A DNA stretch of 60,732 bases, counting the filler, from Dirinaria sp. TL-2023a (taxonomy: Eukaryota), in NCBI GenBank assembly GCA_051941275.1. It is 7 parts of 7 records of this genome, joined end to end, with 100 filler letters (N's around TTAATTAATTAA, not from the genome) between each part and the next. Parts side by side here need not be neighbours in the genome. Positions count along the whole stretch, not along the records: positions 1 to 8,604 come from JAVEBF010001163.1; positions 8,705 to 17,304 come from JAVEBF010001164.1; 5 more parts are not named here. The stretch is one strand, 5' to 3'. Positions 1 to 9,357 of this stretch are shown one piece after another. Below the pieces are notes generated by a model that was given only the letters and a program-made list of their open reading frames with translations, was not told the DNA's origin and ran no database searches. Every line of letters starts with the position of its first letter. The first letter of the stretch is position 1. The position numbers were made by a program, and so were the translations under genes.

Positions 1-504
1 GTGCATGCGTATGCTGTGGAAAAGAGATGGGGAGGATCGATCGCGGATAATTTGATTTTCTGGGCAGGGGGAGATTTAGGTTGGATTTTTGTTTTTCTTA
101 GGGGGGAGGGGTTTTGGTGGTGGGGTGAGTATGTGATAACATGTAATGAGTATGCTGTGGAAAAGAGATGGAGGGGATTAAGCAGGGGTAAGCAAGTGAG
201 GGATAGGAGAGGATAGGGGTAGGGTACTCTGTACTCGTCGAGAAATTGTTGGTTTTAGCATGCGAGATGGAGAAATTAGCTGATTTGCGCTAAAAAAAAA
301 AAAAGGGGGCTTGGATTTGCTCGAAAATCTACAAGAACCACAACAAGAAAAAACAGCAAATGATGCCAACTCGAATAACTTGTTTCGCTCGCTTCCCGCC
401 ACGTTGAGGTGGCCGGATCTGCTGCTCCCACCCATGATGATAGATGATGGCACGTTGAGGTACCGGATCTATTGGAGCTCATGAAAGAGTGGGGTCGCCG
501 CTGC

Positions 505-1157
505 TCATAGAATCGTCATCTTATGCTTCGCCTTCAGATGATCGTTCAATTTATCCTTCCTCGTAAAGCCTCGCTCGCCATGACGGTCGCAGTCGCGGAT
601 AGGACAGTCGAACGGTTTCGGTCCGGACTGATGTTTTTGCAGCATATGGCGCTCCAAGTCTGGCATGCGACGTGCCGATACATGACAGCCTAGATGAAGG
701 CAGGGATAATTGCCGGCAACGGCATGTCTGGCGAAGTCTACGGTGACGGGTTGTAGAGAGCAGTGGTGCTTTGGAAAGGAGTGGCGTAGTAAAGGTTGCT
801 GTTTTGCGGCGTATCGTAGGATGTCCGACTGGGTACCGGTAATGCAAAGTGTTGCTGCAGGTGCTGGTCGAGTGCGTCTGGATCTGGAAAGGGCGCCGCC
901 TCGCATTGGCTGTAAAGGCATACATAGCCTAATGAGGGATGTTGAGGGATACTTAAGCCGCCTCTGCGTCAGCGCAAAAAAAAAACCTACCCAGCCTCAG
1001 CATTGCCGCCGCCAGCATGGACGTCGTATGCATGTTGCGACAAGCTGAGTGCGGGATTGGATGCTGAGAGTCCCATCGTTGAGCGCGATGCTGTAAGTGG
1101 AATCTGATCTAGGGGTGCCAAGGAAGGGCGCGGATGTTGGGATGCGTTGTCCATCAT
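505..1157 (-). CDS. C2H2 zinc-finger protein (3 fingers); exon structure uncertain, possible frameshift or pseudogene
   Basis: Fingers YPCLHLGC..LERHMLQKH and FDCPIRDC..FTRKDKLNDHLKAKH lie in ORF 505-921. A third finger, YVCLYSQCEAAPFPDPDALDQHLQQH (~926-846), lies in another frame. ATG at 1157; candidate intron 990-964. Confidence 0.6.
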
Positions 1158-1563
1158 GACTCTGCAGAAAAGGGGCGACCAATGAGCTTCGAGGATCTCC
1201 AAAGGATGTCAATCAAGAGAGGCAGAGAAATTGAGAATTGGGCTGGGGAGTCAGAGCATTCTTGTATTCTCACACAGGTTGTGAGCCCCCTTTCTGAGGC
1301 TGGACGAAGGGCGTCGGGTGCATATGCATATTTTGGCGCTATGGTTACGTTCACTCATCCCCTTCTCATGCAGGCAGTCACAGTTGGAACAACCTGCTCC
1401 AGACAACTGAGTAGTGTTGATAGTAGGCTTCCTAAGGATGGCGAGCACTGCAGACCATCGTACTGCGTCGGCCCGAGAAGAGGACCTGGTCCTGAATGGC
1501 ACATTGCAAGTCGAGTGAGATTTCGCGTTGCCTACAAGGCTGAGCTGAATGCGACTTTTCACT

Positions 1564-4434
1564 TTAATCTTCGTCTTCTAGGCCCATGAGTCGCTTCTCA
1601 GCCAGCTCGCCTATTTTCTCCTGCAACACAGTCCTTTCGTATCTACTAGCAACTTTACCGGCTGCCTCGAGCATCTTGCCACTTCTATCTTGAAGCAGGC
1701 CCACAATTTCCAGCGCTTTCATCCCTCTATCTTCGCCTTCTCGACACTCGACGTTCAAGAGCTGAAGTAGCGACTTGTCAATTTCAACCTCTCGCCTCTT
1801 CAAATCGGTACGTTGGGCTTGTGTTGCGTTGGTAGCGGAGACTTGATCTTCCAGAAGGCTGTACAGAAGCGAGTTGCGGACGAATGTTTCTTCCAGCCTG
1901 GATACTTCATTCGGAGCTGTTCCATCTTCTTCTTCTGGACCTGTTGTAGAGCAAGGGACTTTGAACTCGAACTCGGTAAGTAAAGGTCTGGGGAAATAGG
2001 GATACCGATCTCCGCCTTTCAGAATGATACAGTGAAACTTGTCTTGTGCAACGGCAACTGGCCAGTATGACTCTTCCTTTCGGCCGCCAGCAAGTCGGTC
2101 AAGCAGCCTTGTATCGAGCAATGGGACCCAGCGTGCCTGGCCAGGTGATCGCCAATGCTGAAGAATCAGGAGAACTCCAGTGGAATCGTAAATACAGGGG
2201 TCCCCATTGTCGGAAAAAAAAAGACTCTTTACTTCAGCACCTTCAGTGAGAGCAACAGTGTCTTCACTTTGGCAGACCTCGTCCCGCTTAATATTCTCAA
2301 TGGTATACAGAAGCTGAGTAGATCCGTCTCCGCCGACTGGACCATTGCCCAAGGTTAGTACATAGTCCCTCCAAGAGGTACACGTCACCGTTGGCGAGGA
2401 TTTTTGTCGATACACTCGGAACGGGGTACCATAGAGCGTGTATATTCTGACATAATTCTTCGAGGTCGTGGCAACAACGAAAGAATCGCTAAGAGAGATT
2501 GCTAATGAGGCATCAGCATAATTGAGATCAGGTCCAGAGACGAGTGCACTCACAGGTGATGTCTTCGCCAGCAGGCAACGGTGTCCGCCAGTCAGATCTC
2601 GCAGTCCAAGTCTCGTGAGGCCTATAAAAGATCATTGCCGGGTTCTCGTCCGCTAGTGGACAGGAAAATAGAGTTCCATTCTCGTCTAGAGCTTGTTAGA
2701 AGCAATCTGGCAAGCATCTCTACCGCAACATACTGAGGCAAGCCTTGTCGTACAAGTACGGATCAGTGAAGTGAAAGTCCCGATAGTATTCTCGATCATA
2801 AAATTCGACAGTTACGGTATGATGTGCATCTTGATCCACAGTCCATACGAAACCGATCAAGTTCAAGCCTTGCATTCGTCAGCTGAAAGTGGACGGACAG
2901 GATTGTGCCACTCACACAGGTATCTCCTATTCCCTCTCCATGGCGTGCTGCTAGGTTGGAAGGGATTATGTATTTTAGGCTGCCATGTATTGTGTCTTGT
3001 TCTACGCTTTACATCAAACCCATCCACGTCATCGAGATCGAGGTGGTCATTCGTTCGTTTGCCATTGCCATTGACGCCTTCGAAATAGCCAGCTCCATCA
3101 TCGTCATCCACAAAGTCGTCACCATCAACGTCCATATCGGGGCCAAGTATGTCATCGAGCGAATCTGGTGTCCCTCGTCGCCGGGCACGAACCTCGGCCG
3201 CGTCCTTGACACCATTGGCAAGCGGCTTCCGAGCATTGCCAGACGTCTCGGATAACGGGTCATGGATGAAAGGAGCAGGCTGTAAAGACTTGTCGAGAAG
3301 CGATGCATTCACTTCTGTGACGAAATTTGTATATATGAAGAGCTCCCCGTCCAAAGAAGTGAAGGAAACTATGTTCTCATGTGGATGCCACTTGATGTTA
3401 GATACGCCGGGATAGTCGTATCTGGAACCTGTTAGTGCTGACTGTACAGTGGCCAGATCCGGCTGTTACCTCGCAATGATCTTTTGAGTTAGTGTTTCCC
3501 AAAGTAAAATCTTCCGATCAGCACCTGCGGTCGCCAGTAAGGCACCGTTGGGTGACCACGCCATAGCTATAATATCTCCCATATGCCCACCAGAAAAGCT
3601 CCTTTGTCGTTCCCAATCGTTTCGAGACATTACTTGTATATCTCTAGTAGCTGTGGGCGCAGCAAAAGCCCGTCCGTCTGGGTGCCAAACGGCGCTCGAG
3701 CAAATTTCAACGTCCGCTTCCAGAGCCCTTATCAAGCCATCCACTTTCTTGATCAACTGTGGCGTCTCGGTGCTTAGGCTATAGATATATATCGTGCCGT
3801 CCGTGCAAGACACTGCGATATGTGATCCGCTTGGGTGGAAGGAAAGGTGTTTTGGGGACTTCCTCTGTTCGCTCAGAGTCATTGTGTTCGTCATATCCTC
3901 CGTATCTACCAATTTGACCTCGAGCTCACTACCAAATCATAAGCTCGTTTTGCAGCGTTGAAGGGAGCGCGCCTACTCGCTGGCCACTGCCGCCCAACGT
4001 CCATCTGGTGAGATTGCCAGGTCCCGGATGGGTAGTGTACAGCGTGTGAGTAATCTGTCGAAGGCGTAGGTCTGCAAAGAGTACTGGGAAACAGCACCAT
4101 CTTCAGAGCCAACAATGAAGAAGTCATTCTGCGCAGTGCTTAGCCTGAACACCGCCTCTAATAATTCCTAGCACCTACTGATGCGGCAACTGCCAAATTA
4201 CTATCGGAGCATTCATCGATATTAATTGGCTCTCCGCTCGATCCCGTAGTGTATACTCTGATGACATTGTTTGATCCAGCCGTTATCAGACGTTTGCCGT
4301 CACGAGTATATGCGAGGGAGGTCGGTCCTGCCGGATCTGCCGATTTCTGTTTGAGTATGATAGCACCTCAACGGAGTAGTTCATGACTTACGAGCAGGTC
4401 GGCCTCGTACCCGATTCTGGGTAATAGTCGTCAT
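1564..4434 (-). CDS. CTF4: Ctf4/Mcl1/SepB (AND-1) WD40 + SepB-domain replisome and cohesion adaptor, multi-exon
   Basis: ATG 4434 (MTTITQNRVRGRPAH, GTAAGT donor at 4391). WD40 exons (LAYTRDGKRLITAG, WHPDGRAFAAP, AWSPNGALLATAGAD), then PFQPSSTPW..RRYLCLN and WVPLLDT..YWPVAV..LKGGDRYPYFP SepB motifs. TAA at 1566-1564. Confidence 0.95.
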
Positions 4435-4503
4435 GGTTGTGTTTGACAATCCAATGCGGTTTCTGAAATCTACTTAGCACAAGCTGTGAAAGCTTGGAGA
4501 GAA

Positions 4504-4534
4504 ACGCGTACGCGTTCGCGTTCAGCAAGCGCGT
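4504..4534. promoter_or_regulatory. Cluster of MluI cell-cycle boxes (MCB)
   Basis: ACGCGT 4504-4509, ACGCGT 4510-4515, TCGCGT 4516-4521 and GCGCGT 4529-4534, all 70-100 bp upstream of the CTF4 ATG. Confidence 0.75.
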
Positions 4535-4872
4535 TCCCTCGGTTTTCTTGCACATCGAGCTAATCTTCGGCCCGTCTTCGGCCCGTGCTGCCGGCAGCCG
4601 AGAAAACTCCCCCTCGTCCCTCGGCTCTGGTTAGGTGTGCAAAAGCAAGAACAGCATTCGATGCAAGTGTTCGATTGTAGGTGTCATTCTTTGGAAAAAT
4701 TTTCAATCCTTTTCCCTGACAATCGCGAATCATTCAGAATGGACGAGAACGACACACAATGTGAATGCAGTGACGAGTCTGATATTTATCGTCACTGAGC
4801 TTACGTGTGGGTATCTAAGCACCAATTCTGAGCCTATTCGCAATCAGTTGGAAAGGATTGGTGGGGATAATC

Positions 4873-6228
4873 ATGGCCGATCATTTCTCAGTATATGGCT
4901 ACGACACACGTATGCTGCCTTGCGATGATGGCTTGAGCTCAAATCAGACGGCAATGCAGCCTAGGATCGAAGTTCCAAAGCTGAAAGAGGATTCTGTGGG
5001 CTGCCCGCTGCTGGGTTTACCACCTGAGCTCCGGCAAGAAATCCTTAGCTACGTTCTCCCTCAAACTATCGAGACTGCTATAGGCCCGGTCTGGCTTCGT
5101 GGTCATACAGCTATACTAACAGTGAATAAGCTTCTGCATTTTGAAGGTATTCGCCTGATGTACGGAAATAGTACCTTTATTGTCAAAGTGACTTGGATGA
5201 CGATTACCTTTACTTACAAATGGCTTTCGCCCACTGGCTTGGTGCCAACTAGGACGCTTGCATTCCCCTGGCAGTTGCCCAGCCGGAACTTACCAAAAAT
5301 TCGGAAACTAATGGTCCGAGTACACCATGACGACGACTATATTGGCACGGTCAAACATAATTTCAGCGGACCAGGGCTTGTAGAGGGAATGAAAACTCAG
5401 ATTCAACGCCTTTGCGAAACATTACAAGACCTGGAGCAGATTCGAGATCTACTGATTCATTTCAAGAATGATAACCGAGATACTGGTGTCGATCAGGTGA
5501 TTCTAAGCCCTTTACTGGCTCTCAAGAACACGCAAACCGTTAGGACAGCCGGTGCAGTAACATCGACATTTAGACAGATTCTCAAGGATCGCTTAAATGG
5601 TGCTTGCGATAGAAATTCTTTCCTTCGTCTTCCTTTAGAGCTTCGGGAGCGCGTCTATGATCTTCTGCTTCCAAGTACAGAGACCGTGATCAATACCGAT
5701 CAGACACAACGCAATTACATTCAACGCCGTTGGAGACACGGCCATCTCGCTATCATGCGTACCTCTTCGGCCATCTACGTTGAAGCGTCGAGATTCTGGT
5801 ATGGTACTCGCAATTTTCAATTGACATGTGAGGATGATCACTTTGCCTTTACCCCATATTGGCTGCCAAAAAGTCCTTTGTTACCTGGCTTTCCTTTCCC
5901 GCAGAGTATCGGTAATCACAATCTCTTCCTGATAAAACACTTCACAATATATATCCCGCTTTGGTGGATGTCAACTGATGACGAGGGAAGAAATAAGCGC
6001 AGCAGCATGCTTAAAGGCCTGGGAAAGCTCTTAGGAAATGCGAGAACGATTTCAAGTTTGACATTAGTATGCCTTTGCAGCAACCTTTCAAAAGAGTGGT
6101 ACGAAGAGGCTATGCAAGAAATTTCACGCATTCGTGATGTCGGCAATGTGATAATCTATGGTTTGGATCAAGACATGGCCGAAAGATTCAGAAGTCAATT
6201 AGAGGCGCACGCCAAAAAAGCCCGGTAG
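4873..6228 (+). CDS. Hypothetical protein with two tandem F-box-like modules
   Basis: Intronless ORF of about 451 aa containing LLGLPPELRQEILSYVLP and FLRLPLELRERVYDLLLP. Each is followed by similar W..GH.AI....YG...F and FP....NL..I motifs. Confidence 0.75.
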   Translation: MADHFSVYGYDTRMLPCDDGLSSNQTAMQPRIEVPKLKEDSVGCPLLGLPPELRQEILSYVLPQTIETAIGPVWLRGHTAILTVNKLLHFEGIRLMYGNSTFIVKVTWMTITFTYKWLSPTGLVPTRTLAFPWQLPSRNLPKIRKLMVRVHHDDDYIGTVKHNFSGPGLVEGMKTQIQRLCETLQDLEQIRDLLIHFKNDNRDTGVDQVILSPLLALKNTQTVRTAGAVTSTFRQILKDRLNGACDRNSFLRLPLELRERVYDLLLPSTETVINTDQTQRNYIQRRWRHGHLAIMRTSSAIYVEASRFWYGTRNFQLTCEDDHFAFTPYWLPKSPLLPGFPFPQSIGNHNLFLIKHFTIYIPLWWMSTDDEGRNKRSSMLKGLGKLLGNARTISSLTLVCLCSNLSKEWYEEAMQEISRIRDVGNVIIYGLDQDMAERFRSQLEAHAKKAR

Positions 6229-6769
6229 CATACTTCCCTCAATGGAGGAACTCGATGAGGCGTCCAAGCTTAGCCGCCGATGATTATCATCACTGAGTAG
6301 CAACGTTAACGCTTTTGTTGGAACCTAGTCTATGCAGCTTCGGAAATACATGAAGCCCATTGCAGACTGGAAAAGGCCGCATACTACCGAGTCATGTACG
6401 AAATGTGTAGTGCGCGGAAACTGGAATTTGCACCTTCAATACCATAATATGCTGCTCGAGGCTCAAAGTGAGGAGGTGAGTTATAGAGAGATTCATAATC
6501 GATACGATACATCTTATAATTACAAGGGAACCACTTCTCCGGCACATCTACTTGTCGGATGACTCAACTTCAGGAACCATGGTACGCTCGGCCTTCGCAG
6601 CCGATCGTTGAGCAGCTAAAAATGTTGTAAAAAGCATTGAGTCGCCACCCGGTGGGCTGTGCAGATCTATTAAATAGTCAATCAAATTCTTGCGGCGACC
6701 GCATATTTGAACATCAAAAGCCTTCTCTTGGTCGACCTCAACTCAGCCATCAGACTGCCCAATCCTTTC

Positions 6770-7857
6770 ATGATGAACTGCAGCACATACGACGCTTTTA
6801 TGCCCTACGTCAACTGCCAAGTGGGCAATATCATAGTGCCTGCGGCCTGTTTCCTTATTGTCGTGGTCGGCGTGGTTAAAGCATCTAAGCGACTGGCGTT
6901 CGTTGGTGATGATCCAATCAAACCAGTCCTTAGAACTCGGCAGCCCTTAAAATGGAAATTAGGAGCCTGGTTGATGCTTATCCCTGGGGCCTACTCGATC
7001 ATGACAATGCTGAGCTATGTGTTTTCCGATAATGTTAGCAAGGATCATCATGAACGCCCAAAAGGCGGCCGGGCAGCTCCATCCTACGACGAGTAAGTTC
7101 CGTCGCTGATGTTACCTTCTCAATATAGTGCTAAGCCATCATCAGGTTTTTTGGTTTCGTGCTCTATCTGCTGATGGCTTGGGGGTCCATGGTGCTCAGC
7201 TTTTTCCTCTTCGGATTTTGGGTTCTCATCTTGCAAGCCATCAGCAAGATCCCAAAGCCAAAGCCTCAAGATCTAGAGACTGGCACGCAAATGACGCGAT
7301 TACGTCGAACAGCCAACCGCGACACCGCAACTCCACAGACCGAGCCATATACGACTGAAGAACGGCCTCCAGCCGCAATGTCCGCTCCACCAGTCGACTA
7401 CGATATTCCTTCGGACACCGACAAGTGGAAGGTAGAAGCCAAGAACAAAGACGACACTCCACGCTCGAATCCATCAACCGTAGAAGAACCTCCATCCAAC
7501 GAAAATGACCCAACCTCCCCCGCTCTCAGCATGGAAAATAGCGCAAGCCCCATCCGAGACTCATTCGCCAGCCCAGAAACCACTCACGAATCATCATCAT
7601 CATCAAGCGACACCTCAGAAACCTCAAACTGGTCTATCGATCCTCCACGCCGCTTTTCGTGGAGCGACGCAGAAGTGCTCTTCGACAACCGTTCCTCTAC
7701 CCCGCCATTGTCGCGTTCGTCCACGATATCTGAATCTTCGAGCTCTGGAGCCTCCCTTGTGCATGGTGAATATTATATTATATCGAGACGGAGTGGGATT
7801 AGGATCGTTGATGACTGGTATTGCGAGTGGGGGGACATGCTTCGGAAACCCAAGTAG
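6770..7857 (+). CDS. Hypothetical membrane protein (about 3 TM segments, Ser/Pro-rich tail), 2 exons
   Basis: Intron 7093-7145 (GTAAGT..GCTAAG..CAG) joins ORF 6707-7096 in frame to ORF 7159-7857 (DE/FFGFVLYLL). Three hydrophobic segments. Confidence 0.6.
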
Positions 7858-8604
7858 GTTTTTTTTTTGGGCGGTACCGAAAAGGCGCGATTAAGGGGAA
7901 TGATTTGGGGGGATAATTTGGTCGGACAGGATAAGGTATTTCCTTTGTTAATGTATGCAGAACCCCGGTCTTATTAGGTACTCGTATCGCTATACCAATA
8001 TATATATATATATCTATCGAAAACAAGAGCCCTAGTTTCCGCGTTTTTCTGCAAAAACTTCCCGCAATTTCTATTCCGCTAGCCAAAATCTCCGTGACCA
8101 CTTTCAATGAAAATCCCCAAATAAAGAAATCAAATATAACAATTCCAAGGGTCTATCTATTCTAAACCTCCCTTCCCACTTCCCTTAACAATGCCACTAC
8201 GCCCAGCCTCGGGGGCCATCGCAGCAAAAATTTGCCGTTTTCTCTTCCTCAATCATCGTTTAACACGTAATTCCCAATCCCCACAGTAGACATTGAGAAG
8301 AAAAAAGGCTGTTATTAATGATTTTAGGGAGCGACCGGCGGGACTCATGCTTTAAATGCCACGAACTAAAAGGTAATGTGATCCTACGGAAGCACGTATT
8401 GTCATGCCTAGAGTAGGAAAAGGAGGGGGGGGGAGGTAAGTCGTTAGTAGAACACAAAAGAAAGAGCGGGAATGAAGTAAATGCGGAGGATAGAATAAAG
8501 TGTCGTGGTGCGTCTAAGGGCCGACCTTGCGTAGAGAGAAGGAGAGGGAGTAAGAAAAAGGAAGGCCGCCGCTAGGCGCACACCCCCCCTTCCTGATGGC
8601 ACAC

Positions 8605-8704
8605 NNNNNNNNNNNNNNNNNNNNNNNNNNNNNNNNNNNNNNNNNNNNTTAATTAATTAANNNNNNNNNNNNNNNNNNNNNNNNNNNNNNNNNNNNNNNN
8701 NNNN
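8605..8704. other. Artificial contig linker (N44-TTAATTAATTAA-N44)
   Basis: Identical 100-nt spacer with stops in all six frames; occurs six times in the window. Confidence 0.99.
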
Positions 8705-9357
8705 CTTATCGGCTTCCTGCTGCACCCCTCTGCGCCCTCCCTCCACTCTACCGAGTGCGTGCCCAATGAACGACCTCGTTTCTCCGGCCTCCAAGGATGT
8801 CGCCGAATGCTTATCGGCCAGCTAGACCATGCCCTGCTGAGTGCGAACTGCACTGTCTGGACTTGGACTGCCCGAGTGGTCTGCACGTTTCAAGGGTATC
8901 AAGGTACGGCCCACCGGGGATAACCAAGCCGTGATAGACCTACCTAGCCAGTGCTCCTGGTCGACACACCACTAATTCACCCCCCCGGGGCAAAGCACCA
9001 TTTTATTCGATCTCCTCCGACCACAGTTTGTTTTTAGTCACATACAGATACCTGGTTGCCCCTCTTCGGGAGAGAGATAGCACTACCACCATGGCCATCC
9101 TTGCACCGCAGCCGTCTGGTTTGGTTGTGCGGAGTATCGTCAGGTACCTCTATATAAGCCGCCCGAACGTCTTCTACGTCAACGCGCATTCTGCGGGGCC
9201 TGTCCGTGTTGCACATGCCCAAGGTCATTCTTTTGTTTAACATACCACTTGACCTCCACCATGCTACAGCTCTAGACTCTATCATACTGCCTCAGCTCGA
9301 CTATATCATCCTTGCTCCCGGACTCGAGCCCAATTTCCACGCCCACACCTTGCCACC

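Noticed and set aside
9..171. 22-bp direct repeat GTATGCTGTGGAAAAGAGATGG (9-30, 150-171) and a CACGTTGAGGT..CCGGATCT pair (~400-470)
   Set aside because: Only two copies each, in low-complexity 3' flanking DNA; not a CRISPR array or a recognisable element.
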